Positions 39,111 to 49,156 of a stretch of 64,000 nt of DNA are shown here, piece after piece. The notes beneath the pieces are model-generated. The model made no database searches. It was not told the DNA's origin and was given only the letters and a program-made list of their open reading frames with translations. Source of the DNA: a candidate division FCPU426 bacterium (lineage in GTDB: Bacteria > Oederibacteriota > Muellerivitia > Muellerivitales > Muellerivitaceae); the NCBI GenBank assembly GCA_963771075.1, contig CAVYSE010000024.1, forward strand, positions 32,001 through 96,000, written 5' to 3'. How positions within the stretch are numbered: the stretch's first letter is position 1; each line of letters opens with the position of its first letter. The position numbers and the translations under genes are program-made.

Positions 39111-40082
39111 TTGAGAAACTACATTTTGCGCAGGGTCCTCATGATGGTGCCCCTCCTCCTGGGTATTTCCATTCTTTCCTTTACGATCATCAAGCTGGCT
39201 CCCGGGGACCCCGCCAGCCTCATGGTCAACATGAACTCCAAGATCGACCCCGGCTATATCACCAAGCTGAGGGAGGCCTACGGCCTCAACGACCCGCTTT
39301 ATGTGCAGTACGGCCGCTGGTTGAAAGGCATGTTCACGCTGAATTTCGGAAAATCCTTTAAGGATGACCGGCCGGTGATCGAGGTCATCGCGGAACGCGT
39401 CCCCGCGACCCTGGTTTTGAGCGGCCTGTCTTTCGTCCTCCTTTTTCTCATTGCCATCCCGCTGGGTGTGGCCTCCGCCTATTACCGCGGCCGGTGGCTG
39501 GATCATTTCACAACGGTCGTTTCCTACCTGGGTTTCGCCTCGCCCATTGTTTGGGTGGCCCTCCTGGTCATTTTGATATTCAGCGTGCAACTGGGCTGGT
39601 TTCCCGTCTCGGGCATGTGGAGCGTGGGAAGCGAGTATTTGCCCTGGTACGAAAGACTGGGGGATTTGGCCTGGCATCTGGCGCTTCCGGTGTCGGTGAT
39701 TGTGTTCATGGGGCTGGCCTCCATTTCCCGTTATTCCAGGTCCAACATGCTGGACGTGCTGGAAATGGATTACATCCGCATGGCCCGAGCCAAGGGGTTG
39801 ACCGAATTCCAGGTGGTTTTCCGCCACGCCCTGCCCAATGCCATGTTGCCGATTATCACCATCCTGGGGCTTTCCTTGCCGGGGCTCCTGGCGGGAGGGG
39901 TCATTACCGAGACCATCTTCGGTTGGCCTGGCATGGGCCGCTTGTATTGGGAAGCCATCATGTCGCGCAACTACCCGGTGGTCATGGGTATCGGTATCAT
40001 CCTGGCCTTCTTCACGCTACTGGGGAATCTCCTGGCCGATATCGCCTACGCGGCCCTCGACCCGAGGATCAAGTATGAGTGA
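39111..40082 (+). CDS. Peptide/oligosaccharide ABC permease (OppB/DppB family)
   Basis: LAPGDP, DYIRMARAKG and HALPNA motifs. Confidence 0.9.
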   Translation: MRNYILRRVLMMVPLLLGISILSFTIIKLAPGDPASLMVNMNSKIDPGYITKLREAYGLNDPLYVQYGRWLKGMFTLNFGKSFKDDRPVIEVIAERVPATLVLSGLSFVLLFLIAIPLGVASAYYRGRWLDHFTTVVSYLGFASPIVWVALLVILIFSVQLGWFPVSGMWSVGSEYLPWYERLGDLAWHLALPVSVIVFMGLASISRYSRSNMLDVLEMDYIRMARAKGLTEFQVVFRHALPNAMLPIITILGLSLPGLLAGGVITETIFGWPGMGRLYWEAIMSRNYPVVMGIGIILAFFTLLGNLLADIAYAALDPRIKYE

Positions 40083-41106
40083 ACAACAGTCCGCAGCTCA
40101 CAGTCCGCAGTCGGCAGCAGGCAAAGGCAAAGCCGAAAACCAGGCCGCAGTCGGCAGTTCGCAGTCGGCAGCAGGCAAAGGCAAAGCCGAAAACCAGTCC
40201 ACAGTCGGCAGTCCGCAGTCGACAGCCGACAACGGCACGCAGCCGCCGGAATTCTTGCTGCATGATTCCAACCGCCAACTTCGAGCTGTCTTGCGCCATC
40301 CTTTGATCTTCTGGGGCGGGACGGTCATACTCCTCTTCGTCCTGGGCGCCTTGGCCGCGCCCTTCCTCGTGCCCTATGATCCGAATCTCCAGATTTTATC
40401 AGACAGGCTCCTTTCGCCTTCTCTGCATCATCCCCTGGGCACCGACCAATATGGGCGGGACGTTTTGAGCCGCATGATCTACGGAGCCCGCATCTCGCTT
40501 TCGGTCGGGATGGTGGCGGTCGCCATCTACGTCGTTTTGGGGACGCTCGTGGGGGCGGTGGCGGGCTATTTTGGGGGCTGGGTCGACTCGGCCCTCATGC
40601 GGTTGACCGATATTTTCCTTTCCATCCCCACCTTTCCGCTCATCCTGATGGTTATCGCCTTCGTGGGGCCCAGCATCATCAATATCATGGTGGTCATCGG
40701 CCTCACCTCCTGGACCGACGTGGCGCGGCTGGTGCGGGGGGAGTTTCTCACCTTGCGTGAGAGGGAATATGTCCTGGCGGCTCGCCTGATGGGCTTGAGC
40801 AACCGACGTATCATATTCGTCCATATCCTTCCCAACGCCCTGGGGCCCCTGTGGGTGATCGCCACCCTCGGGATCGGCGGCGCGATTTTGATGGAATCTT
40901 CCCTGAGTTTCCTCGGCCTGGGCGTCCAGCCCCCCACCGCCAGTTGGGGCAATATGCTCATGGAAGCCCACGAGCACCTCACCGACGCCTGGTGGCTGGT
41001 CACCTTCCCCGGGTTGGCCATCTTCATCACGGTTCTGGCCTTTACACTCCTGGGCGAGGGTATCCGCGAGGCCACTGATCCCAAACTGAGCGAAAGCCGC
41101 CGATAA
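40075..41106 (+). CDS. Peptide/oligosaccharide ABC permease (OppC/DppC family) with a repeat-derived N-terminal extension
   Basis: HPLGTDQYGRDVLSR, EYVLAAR, HILPN and LSFLGLG motifs. Confidence 0.9.
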   Translation: MSEQQSAAHSPQSAAGKGKAENQAAVGSSQSAAGKGKAENQSTVGSPQSTADNGTQPPEFLLHDSNRQLRAVLRHPLIFWGGTVILLFVLGALAAPFLVPYDPNLQILSDRLLSPSLHHPLGTDQYGRDVLSRMIYGARISLSVGMVAVAIYVVLGTLVGAVAGYFGGWVDSALMRLTDIFLSIPTFPLILMVIAFVGPSIINIMVVIGLTSWTDVARLVRGEFLTLREREYVLAARLMGLSNRRIIFVHILPNALGPLWVIATLGIGGAILMESSLSFLGLGVQPPTASWGNMLMEAHEHLTDAWWLVTFPGLAIFITVLAFTLLGEGIREATDPKLSESRR

Positions 41107-41253
41107 GAAATCAAACAACAGCCAACACGAAGACACAAAGAAACGAAGAAAGGCATCATCCGGGAAGGCCCCAAAACTTTTCAAATTTCGGGATTTTACG
41201 CCGTTCTTTGTGGCTTAGTGGCTTTGTGTTGGAACTGGGTTAAAGGTTCGAAA

Positions 41254-43485
41254 ATGCCTGAACAATTCGCCGAGGTGGTTTTCCCCGTCTCGATCAAGCA
41301 GTCCTTCACCTACCGCATTCCCGATCCGCTTCACGGATTGGCGCGCGAGGGCATGCGGGTTTCCGTCACCTTTGGACGCCGCCAGGCGGTGGGACTCATC
41401 ACCCGGCTGGCCTCCCAGGCCCCCGGCCATGTGCAAAAACTCAAACCCATCGAAAGCATCCTGGATGCCGAACCCCTCCTGACCCCCGACCTGCTGGAAC
41501 TCTGCCGTTGGATCTCCGATTATTACTATTGCTCCCTGGGCGAGGCCCTCTTTGCCGCAATCCCCGGTGGGTACCGCAAGAACCCCAGGGCCTTCCTCAC
41601 GCTCCTTCCGGAAGCCCGGGAAAGAACCCGGGAGCTCGAAGACCTCCTGGAAAAGTTGGGTCCGCTCCGGGGCGTGAACCTCAAATCCCTAAACGCGGGC
41701 AGGATACCCTTGACCGCCCGCACCCGGGCCCTGGCCGAGGCCTTGAAACAATCGGGCCTGGGCGGTTTGGCTTTTGAAGGTTCCCGAGAGACCCCATCGG
41801 TTCCTTCCTCGAAAAGAATCCGGGCCGATCGGCCCCCGGAACTGCATCCCCAACAGAAGGTGGCGCTCCAATTTGTCACCGAAGCACTTGCCAAGGGAGG
41901 CTTTCAAACCTTCATGCTTCACGGCGTGACGGGTTCGGGCAAGACCGAGGTTTACCTGCGGGCCATCGAGGAAACCCTGCGCCTGGGGCGGCAGGCCATC
42001 GTGCTCATTCCCGAGATCGCCCTCACCCCCCAGACCCTGGAAAGGTTCACGGGCCGCTTTGGGGACAAGGTGGCGGTGCTTCACAGCCGCCTTTCCCAGT
42101 CCGAAAGGGCCCGCCAATGGAGCCGCATGGCCGAAGGCTCCGCCCAGGTCGCGGTGGGCGCCCGGTCGGCCCTCTTCGCCCCGGCGCCCAAACTGGGTCT
42201 GATCGTGGTGGATGAGGAACATGATTCTTCCTATAAACAGGATGATGTGCCCCGTTACCATGCCCGGGACGCGGCGGTAAAAAGGGCGCAATTGACGGGC
42301 TCCCTGGCGGTCTTGGGTTCCGCCACCCCCTCGCTGGAAACGGTCCATAACGCCCGTTCGGGCAAGTACCAATGGCTTCGTATGCCGGACCGGGTGAACC
42401 AACGGCGCCTTCCCAAGATATGGCTGGTCGATTTAAAAGAAGAACTCATGAGCCGGGGTGGCAAGGAAAGGCCCGTCCTCACCCTCGCCTTAGAGATGGC
42501 CATGCGCGACGCGCTGGCAAAGGGCGAGCAGGTCATCCTCTTTCTCAACCGCCGGGGCTTTCACACGCTGGTGCTTTGCGCCAAGTGCGGGGAACAGGTG
42601 CAATGCCCCCATTGTTCCGTGGCGGTCACTTACCACCGAGGGGTCGTGCGGCCCCAATCCGAGAGGGCAAAACCCCTTCTCTGCCATTACTGCGGTTGGC
42701 AAGGGGCCTTCCCCCAAAAATGCCCCTCTTGCAAGGACGGGGAGATCCAGCCGGTGGGGTTAGGCACCGAAAAGGTGGAGGAAGAGGTCAAGTCGCGATT
42801 CCCCAAGGCCCGGGTGGACCGGATGGACCTGGACACCACCCGCAAGCAGGGAAGCCACGAGGAGATACTGAAAAAATTCCGTGAACATAAGACGGACATC
42901 CTGATCGGCACCCAAATGATCGCCAAGGGCCACGATTTTCCAGGCGTCACCCTGGTGGGTGTCATCGGGGCCGATGTGGGCCTGGCCCTGCCGGACTTTC
43001 GAGCGCCCGAACGGGTTTTTCAATTGATGGTGCAGGTGGCAGGCCGTGCGGGAAGGGCTGAGAAAGAAGGTGAAATTTATCTTCAAACCTTCAATCCCGG
43101 CCATCCGGCCCTGCGGGCGGCGGTGAACCACGATACCGAGACCTTTTGGAATACCGAATTGGAAACCCGGGAAGCCCTGGACTATCCGCCCTTTTCCAAA
43201 TTGGGCCTGGTCGTCTACCGCGCCAAGGAAGAAAAGAAGGCCATGGCCGCCGCCGGGAAGGCGGCGGAGATCATGAGACGGGAATCGGCCAAGCTGGGCG
43301 TGGAGGTCTGGGGCCCGGCTCCCTCGGCTTTCGCCAAACTGCGGGGGCAGTACCGGTTCCAGGTCCTCCTGAAGGCCAAGACTCCGGCGCCCCTGAGACG
43401 GCTATTAACCTACCTGGACGAGAAGATGGAAACGCCTTCCGGCGTCTTTCGCGCGGTGGACCTCGACCCGCAAAGCATGTTGTGA
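41254..43485 (+). CDS. priA: Primosomal protein N' (replication restart helicase)
   Basis: GVTGSGKTEVY, DEEH, SATPS, two Cys-rich Zn motifs, GTQMIAKGHDFP and QVAGRAGR. Confidence 0.96.
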   Translation: MPEQFAEVVFPVSIKQSFTYRIPDPLHGLAREGMRVSVTFGRRQAVGLITRLASQAPGHVQKLKPIESILDAEPLLTPDLLELCRWISDYYYCSLGEALFAAIPGGYRKNPRAFLTLLPEARERTRELEDLLEKLGPLRGVNLKSLNAGRIPLTARTRALAEALKQSGLGGLAFEGSRETPSVPSSKRIRADRPPELHPQQKVALQFVTEALAKGGFQTFMLHGVTGSGKTEVYLRAIEETLRLGRQAIVLIPEIALTPQTLERFTGRFGDKVAVLHSRLSQSERARQWSRMAEGSAQVAVGARSALFAPAPKLGLIVVDEEHDSSYKQDDVPRYHARDAAVKRAQLTGSLAVLGSATPSLETVHNARSGKYQWLRMPDRVNQRRLPKIWLVDLKEELMSRGGKERPVLTLALEMAMRDALAKGEQVILFLNRRGFHTLVLCAKCGEQVQCPHCSVAVTYHRGVVRPQSERAKPLLCHYCGWQGAFPQKCPSCKDGEIQPVGLGTEKVEEEVKSRFPKARVDRMDLDTTRKQGSHEEILKKFREHKTDILIGTQMIAKGHDFPGVTLVGVIGADVGLALPDFRAPERVFQLMVQVAGRAGRAEKEGEIYLQTFNPGHPALRAAVNHDTETFWNTELETREALDYPPFSKLGLVVYRAKEEKKAMAAAGKAAEIMRRESAKLGVEVWGPAPSAFAKLRGQYRFQVLLKAKTPAPLRRLLTYLDEKMETPSGVFRAVDLDPQSML

Positions 43486-44030
43486 AGGCAGTTGACAGTC
43501 GGCAGTTCACAGTTGGCAGGAAAAAAACCGCCAATGACAAATGGGGGCCCTACACCCGACCGGGTTTTTCTTCGCCATCTCCGCGTCTCCGCGGTAAAGT
43601 CTCATGCCATGAAACACGGCCTAATCTCGAAAGATACAGGTAATTCATAACCCTTTCCGAATTCTCTGTTGAAAAAATGATTTTGATTTAGAGACTATAA
43701 CAATACCTAATTTCACCACAGGCCGCCTTTGGCGGCCACATGCCGACCTTCCATAAACCCATTAAGGAGGTCGGTATAGTCCAGCTATCTTTGGCCCTAA
43801 GGGCCAAAGGGACAGAGGCACAGAGAAAAACCTTTCTAAATTCAAGGAATCTTAAACCCATTGTCCGGGTTTTCTCTGTCCCCTTTCGCCCAAAAGGCGA
43901 AAGGAATCGGGACAATACCGACCCCATTTTAAGTCTCATGGATGGTCGGCATGTGTCTCCGTGTCTCTGTGGTAAATATTGGGTTTTGTTTGAGATTCTT
44001 AGGTTTTAACAAAGGAACTCAAGGCGATTC

Positions 44031-45002
44031 ATGAAACTCGAACCCAATATCCATAAACCCGTCACCCTCACGACCTTTATTGAGCATAAAAGCTCGCTCA
44101 CCCTGCTCGATTACCTGGTCAATCGCTTTTCCTACCACACCCGCGAGGAGTGGCGCGAGCGTATCGCCCAGGGCAAGGTGAAAGTGAACGAACGCGTCCC
44201 CTCGGAAGGACAGCCCCTGCGCCCAGGGGACGAGGTGGCCTACACCACCGATTCGTGGGAAGAACCGGAGGTGAACAAAAACTACCGGGTCGCCTATGAG
44301 GATGACCAACTGCTGGCCCTCGCCAAGCCCTCGCCCCTTCCAGTGCACGCCATCGGGGCCTATTTCCAGAACACCCTCATGCATCTTTTACGGCAGGACC
44401 GGCCCGAGGCGAGGGATTACCACCTGGTCCACCGGCTGGACTCGGAAACGAGCGGACTCCTCCTCCTCGCCAAGGACAAGGAAACCCTGCAAAATCTGCA
44501 CAAACAATGGGATCGGGGCGGGGTGCGTAAGACCTACCATGCCCTCTGTTTCGGGTCCTTCGAACCCGCCGAAAGGCGGGTGGAGTTTCCGATCGGCCCC
44601 CTGGCGGGAAGCAAGGTGCGCATGAAATTAGGGGTGAATTTGGCGGAAGGCAAGCCGTCGATCACCGAGTTTAGGTGCCTTGAAAGGAAGAATAATTTCT
44701 CCAAGGTGGAGGCCCGGCCCATCACCGGGCGCACCCACCAGATCCGGGTGCATTTGGAAAACATCGGATTTCCCATCGTGGGCGACAAGCTTTATTCCGG
44801 GAGCGACGAGACCTTTTTGCGCTTCTACGAGCATGGCTGGGATGATTGGCTGAGGGAAAGGGTGATCCTGCCGCGAATGGCCCTGCACGCCTTTCGTCTT
44901 GATTTCATCCACCCCGCGACTGGGAAGCGGTTAATCCTTGAGGAACCAATGCCTGGGGATCTAAGCCATTTTTGGGGCTCGTTGGTCTCAAAACTGCCCT
45001 GA
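44031..45002 (+). CDS. RluA-family pseudouridine synthase
   Basis: HRLDSETSG, TGRTHQIRVH, PIVGDKLY and ALHA motifs. Confidence 0.93.
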   Translation: MKLEPNIHKPVTLTTFIEHKSSLTLLDYLVNRFSYHTREEWRERIAQGKVKVNERVPSEGQPLRPGDEVAYTTDSWEEPEVNKNYRVAYEDDQLLALAKPSPLPVHAIGAYFQNTLMHLLRQDRPEARDYHLVHRLDSETSGLLLLAKDKETLQNLHKQWDRGGVRKTYHALCFGSFEPAERRVEFPIGPLAGSKVRMKLGVNLAEGKPSITEFRCLERKNNFSKVEARPITGRTHQIRVHLENIGFPIVGDKLYSGSDETFLRFYEHGWDDWLRERVILPRMALHAFRLDFIHPATGKRLILEEPMPGDLSHFWGSLVSKLP

Positions 45003-45088
45003 AGGGGCAACGTGGGTTGAAATCGATTTGTTAAAATGGCTTATCGGATGAATCCTGAAACTCCGCGGAGCCGCAAAGGTGCCATGGG

Positions 45089-45271
45089 ATGAATAAAACA
45101 GTCAAAAAAATGAAATTGGGTGAGGAATCGCCAACAGACAACGCCATTTATTGGTTGAGCCGGCCAGCGGCTGAACGCATTGAGGCGGTGGAAACCTTAC
45201 GGAAGGAGTGTTATGGAGATTCAATCCGACTTCAAAGAATTGTTCGTATTGTTAAATCGCCACAAAGTTGA
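45089..45271 (+). CDS. Small hypothetical protein, partner of the downstream NTase
   Basis: YWLSRPAAERIEAVETLR; overlaps the NTase gene in a TA-like layout. Confidence 0.55.
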   Translation: MNKTVKKMKLGEESPTDNAIYWLSRPAAERIEAVETLRKECYGDSIRLQRIVRIVKSPQS

Positions 45272-45659
45272 GTGCATCATCGTCGGCTCCTACGCGCTCG
45301 CTTTCCATGGTGCTCCCCGAAATACGGGGGATATGGGTATTCTGGTTAGGCCCACACCGGGAAACGCCGTTCGTATGATAACCGTATTAAAGGATTTTGG
45401 TTTTGATTCTATGGGCCTCACCGATGGGGATTTTGACAAGCCCGGACAAATCATCCAATTGGGCGTTCCACCTTTCCGGGTCGATCTTCTCACTTCGATA
45501 TCGGGCGTGACCTGGGAAGAGGCCGATTCGGGAAAAGCGGCAGGCAAGTACGGGGATACGCCGGTTCATAACCTTGGCAGGGCCCAATTCGTCGCCAATA
45601 AACGCGCGAGCGGCAGGAAAAAGGACCTGGCTGACTTGGAAGCCATTGGCGAAGAATAG
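45213..45659 (+). CDS. Nucleotidyltransferase (DUF6036-like)
   Basis: IIVGSYALAFHGAPRNTGD and NKRASGRKKDLADLE motifs. Confidence 0.78.
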   Translation: MEIQSDFKELFVLLNRHKVECIIVGSYALAFHGAPRNTGDMGILVRPTPGNAVRMITVLKDFGFDSMGLTDGDFDKPGQIIQLGVPPFRVDLLTSISGVTWEEADSGKAAGKYGDTPVHNLGRAQFVANKRASGRKKDLADLEAIGEE

Positions 45660-45826
45660 CGATTCATTAACAGGCTGATCCAAGATGGCTCAACTCCTCA
45701 CTCCAACTCCTAACTTTTAACTGCCTCTGTCCATCCTTGACATTGCGAGCGGGTAAATTAAAATACCGTTCCTTGCCTTTCCCTCTTACCGGTAGCCTGC
45801 CCTGAGTAAGCGCAGCGCATCGAAGG

Positions 45827-45913
45827 GCCCGAGTGGCGAAATTGGCAGACGCAATAGACTCAAAATCTATCGGGAGCAATCCCATGTCGGTTCAAGTCCG
45901 ACCTCGGGCACCA
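45827..45913 (+). tRNA. tRNA-Leu(CAA)
   Basis: GCCCGAG/CTCGGGC acceptor stem, ATAGA-CTCAAAA-TCTAT anticodon arm, long variable arm, GGTTCAAGTCC T-arm, encoded CCA; TTGACA..TAAAAT promoter at 45737-45764. Confidence 0.95.
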
Positions 45914-45962
45914 ATTTTCTTTTTTCGTTCAACAAAAAAGCTAAAAAATAATTTTTCCTGTG

Positions 45963-45990
45963 AACTTCCGAACTTGTCGGAAGTTTTTTT
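45963..45990 (+). terminator. Intrinsic terminator after the tRNA
   Basis: AACTTCCGA-ACTTG-TCGGAAGTT followed by a T run. Confidence 0.7.
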
Positions 45991-46255
45991 GTTTGTGTCA
46001 ATGGCCCTCCCAATTGCGAATGACACGCATATGACAAGAATTTCGAAAGAAAAATCTATTGAGGTTATGTGTTTCGGAAAACATTTGTTTTGGGCGTGTA
46101 ATTAAAAATTATTCCCTACAAGACCATAGGGCTCAGTAGACTTTCTGTAACGTGTGCTGGTCGATTTTTTCCCTAATAAGCTTGTCAATTATGCTTGTGC
46201 GAAATTAGAATTTTTATGTTTGCATCTAAAGTTCTTTCGGGTAAAGGACAACGTA

Positions 46256-46519
46256 ATGAGAACTAAGGGATGTAGAAAACTAGGGGCCAAACTATTGACT
46301 GTTGGGTTGAATTCTGGAAAAGCGGAGCTGTTCCAGGAAGCGGTTGTGGAAATAGTAGAGCAACTTGGTGGGGTTGAAGCCTTTGCGAAGAAAGCGAAAA
46401 TGTCGGTACGGGAATTGAAAAGGGCCTTAGCTAGTCGAGAGGCCTTTCAAAGATGGGTGGATATAGCCAAGGTGGTAAAGGCTCTGAGTGAAAGCCGGAT
46501 GGCATTTTATGCAAAATGA
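46256..46519 (+). CDS. Small HTH-like protein, possibly an addiction-module antidote
   Basis: GGVEAFAKKAKMSVRELKRAL resembles an HTH. Confidence 0.45.
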   Translation: MRTKGCRKLGAKLLTVGLNSGKAELFQEAVVEIVEQLGGVEAFAKKAKMSVRELKRALASREAFQRWVDIAKVVKALSESRMAFYAK

Positions 46520-46541
46520 GCAAAATTTCCCGCTATTCAGG

Positions 46542-46561
46542 ATATAACAATAATGTTATAT
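46542..46561. promoter_or_regulatory. TA operator palindrome
   Basis: ATATAACA-ATAA-TGTTATAT immediately before the toxin ATG. Confidence 0.65.
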
Positions 46562-46568
46562 TTAATCC

Positions 46569-46916
46569 ATGAAGGTTGATCTGTTTAGAAGTTCATCGGG
46601 GCGGTCGCCCGTTGAGGATTTTATCAGTAACCTTTCTAAAGAGGATCAGGCCCTTTTTAAGACTATCCATGACGGGATAGAGCGGGAAGGCTTGAAATAT
46701 CCATACGTTATTTTCAAACCCTTAGAAGGGAAGCTCTGGGAGATCAAATTTAAGGGTTTGGACGGTTCTTACCGGATTGGCTATGTTTTGGTGACGGGGC
46801 CAAAGATGTTTTGGCTTCATGTTTTTAAAAAGAAAACGCAGAAGATATCCAGGCTGGACTTTGAGTTGGCCTGGAAGCGGATGAAGGAGATTTTGGAATA
46901 TGAAAAAAACTCATAA
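46569..46916 (+). CDS. RelE/HigB (Gp49-like) toxin
   Basis: GRSPVEDFI, KPLEGKLWEIK and LHVFKKKTQK motifs. Confidence 0.85.
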   Translation: MKVDLFRSSSGRSPVEDFISNLSKEDQALFKTIHDGIEREGLKYPYVIFKPLEGKLWEIKFKGLDGSYRIGYVLVTGPKMFWLHVFKKKTQKISRLDFELAWKRMKEILEYEKNS

Positions 46917-47214
46917 ACCCTACACGGACGGAAAAGCCTTTTTCCACAAGTTGGAAAAAGACCCTGAAATTCGTATTTTGGTAAAACAGCAAGAAGAAAA
47001 GTTTCGCCTTGCCACTGCGATCAAAAGAGCCCGAGAACATGCAGGATTAAGCCAAGTTGCTTTGGCTAAGAAAATTGGAACCAAACAAAGCGCAATTTCT
47101 CGTGCGGAAAGCGGTGTTTACCGCTCGGTGCCTTCCTTGAGTTTCCTACAGAAAATTGCGGCGGCCTGCGGGGCTCATTTAGGCATTACATTTGATTTCC
47201 GTAAGGCCAGTTAG
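46900..47214 (+). CDS. HigA-like XRE antitoxin
   Basis: AREHAGLSQVALAKKIGTKQSAISRAESG HTH, downstream of the toxin. Confidence 0.85.
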   Translation: MKKTHKPYTDGKAFFHKLEKDPEIRILVKQQEEKFRLATAIKRAREHAGLSQVALAKKIGTKQSAISRAESGVYRSVPSLSFLQKIAAACGAHLGITFDFRKAS

Positions 47215-47348
47215 TATTTCATCGGCCTTCTTTTCCTTGAGCCCCAAAGCCCGCAAAGAGTGTACGCCATTAGTTTGGACGATGAATAAAGTCAATGATC
47301 TTATTCATTGGACCCCGATTTAAAAAGAGTATAATAAATTCAACCTAA

Positions 47349-47400
47349 GGGGATGGAGTTCTCCCAAAACCGCCAATTCAATTGGACGATGACTCCTACT
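47349..47400 (+). ncRNA. Fluoride riboswitch (crcB motif)
   Basis: GGGGATGGAGTTCTCCC-AAAACCGCC...GATGACTCCTAC matches the crcB consensus; TATAAT just upstream; crcB and eno lie downstream. Confidence 0.88.
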
Positions 47401-47440
47401 GCATGATGAAACATGCGGTGGGGCCATGTACTAACAAGTC

Positions 47441-47466
47441 AAACCCGCCGCCCGGCGGGTTTTTTT
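47441..47466 (+). terminator. Riboswitch-associated intrinsic terminator
   Basis: AAACCCGCCG-CC-CGGCGGGTTTTTTT in the leader before the antiporter. Confidence 0.8.
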
Positions 47467-47510
47467 ATTTCCCGCCCTTTCATCCTGCAAGTAAATCTTG
47501 GAGGCGGGAT

Positions 47511-48728
47511 ATGACCCACGTTTGGGCGGAAGCTACGTTGTGGATCGGGTTGGCGCTGGTCGCAGTACTCATTTCCATCTGGCTAAAAATTGCCACAGCC
47601 TTATCGGAGATTGTGGTCGGTACGGTGGCACAACTGGTAATCGGGGCCTTAGTAGGTCAGGCTTTTTTAGGCACAAGCGAAAGTTGGATTACCTTCTTAG
47701 CGGGTGCGGGCTCCATCGTTCTGACTTTCCTGGCTGGGGCCGAGCTGGACCCGGTGGTGTTCAAGGCCAAGTGGAAGGAAGCTTCGCTTTTGGGGCTGGT
47801 GGCTTTTTTCGCTCCTTTCCTGGGATGCACGGCAGCCGCCTTTTACCTGCTTCACTGGAATCCTCAGGCCTCTTGGCTGGCTGGCGTAGCCCTTTCCACC
47901 ACCTCCGTGGCGGTAGTTTATGCCGTGATGCTGGAACTCGGATTAAACAAGACCGAATTCGGAAAAATCATCTTGGCCGCCTGTTTTATCAATGACCTTG
48001 CTACGGTCATCGCGCTTGGGCTTATCTTCGCGCCATTTACCCTCAAGACTCTCGTCTTCGTGGGTGTCAGCGTTCCTGTCTTTTTTATCCTTCCTTGGCT
48101 TACACCCCGGTTCTTTAAATTGTATGGTGACCGTCCCTCGGAATTGGAAACCAAATACCTCTTGTTCCTCATGTTTGGACTGGGGGCTTTGGCGACTTGG
48201 GCCGATAGCGAAGTAGTTCTTCCGGCCTACCTTATTGGAATGGTTTTGGCAGGAACAGTCGGCAAAGACCATGTCTTGGTACGCCGCTTGCGAACCGTAA
48301 CTTTTGGACTGCTGACGCCGTTTTATTTCATTCGGGCAGGTTCCTTCGTATCAGTTCCCGCCCTGGTGGCCGCTCCCCTGGCTTTCGTGGTCCTGCTTTT
48401 GGCAAAGATGGGAAGTAAGTTTGTGGGTGTTTTTCCCGTCACGAAATACCAGGGTTATGCCCATAAAGAAGGAATGTACACAACCCTTCTGATGTCCACG
48501 GGGCTCACCTTTGGCACCATTTCAGCATTGTTTGGATTATCACACCACGTTATCGACCAAACCCAATATTCGTTTTTGGTGGCTACCGTTATTTTGAGTG
48601 CGGTAGTGCCGACGCTTATCGCCAACGCCTATTTCTTACCGCACTATCTTTTGCCTAAAGTCCACAAACCTGAGGCTGAAGTCGTTCCATTGGCCCCAAA
48701 TAACTCAGAAAACGGAGGCGCTTTATGA
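47511..48728 (+). CDS. Cation:proton antiporter (CPA2-like)
   Basis: Multi-TM protein; FLAGAELD, ALSTTSVAVV and ACFINDL motifs; GGAGG RBS. Confidence 0.85.
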   Translation: MTHVWAEATLWIGLALVAVLISIWLKIATALSEIVVGTVAQLVIGALVGQAFLGTSESWITFLAGAGSIVLTFLAGAELDPVVFKAKWKEASLLGLVAFFAPFLGCTAAAFYLLHWNPQASWLAGVALSTTSVAVVYAVMLELGLNKTEFGKIILAACFINDLATVIALGLIFAPFTLKTLVFVGVSVPVFFILPWLTPRFFKLYGDRPSELETKYLLFLMFGLGALATWADSEVVLPAYLIGMVLAGTVGKDHVLVRRLRTVTFGLLTPFYFIRAGSFVSVPALVAAPLAFVVLLLAKMGSKFVGVFPVTKYQGYAHKEGMYTTLLMSTGLTFGTISALFGLSHHVIDQTQYSFLVATVILSAVVPTLIANAYFLPHYLLPKVHKPEAEVVPLAPNNSENGGAL

Positions 48729-49144
48729 TTCCCCAAAAAATCCTGGTGGCATTTGATGGTTCGATCCATTCCGAGAAATCTTTTCAATATGCCCTTGAGA
48801 CGGCTAAACGTTTTCAGGCTTCCTTGTTAGTGCTTTCCGTTGCCCCGATTCCAGAATTTGACATCGCTGTAGAGATGGAATCGGTGTTGGAATCCGCCCA
48901 AGAGCATTTCGAGGAGCAATTCAAGGATCTGAAAAAAAAGGCCGAAGTGGCTGGGGTTTCCTTGACTACGGAGGTCGTGGTTGGTCATCCCGCCGAACAC
49001 ATCATCCGAAAAGCAATTGATGAAAAAATCGATTTGATCGTTGTGGGTCATCGGGGCAAGAGCAAGATTGGCGAATGGCTCTTAGGATCGGTAGCTAAAC
49101 GCGTTTCTAGCTATGCTCCCTGTGCGGTCACGATAGTACGATAA
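48725..49144 (+). CDS. Universal stress protein
   Basis: ILVAFDGS, DLIVVGHRG and LLGSVA motifs. Confidence 0.92.
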   Translation: MIPQKILVAFDGSIHSEKSFQYALETAKRFQASLLVLSVAPIPEFDIAVEMESVLESAQEHFEEQFKDLKKKAEVAGVSLTTEVVVGHPAEHIIRKAIDEKIDLIVVGHRGKSKIGEWLLGSVAKRVSSYAPCAVTIVR

Positions 49145-49156
49145 AGGAGGCTGATA

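Noticed and set aside
47382..47510. N-terminal extension of the antiporter ORF
   Set aside because: Overlaps the riboswitch and terminator; the true start is 47511, after GGAGG.
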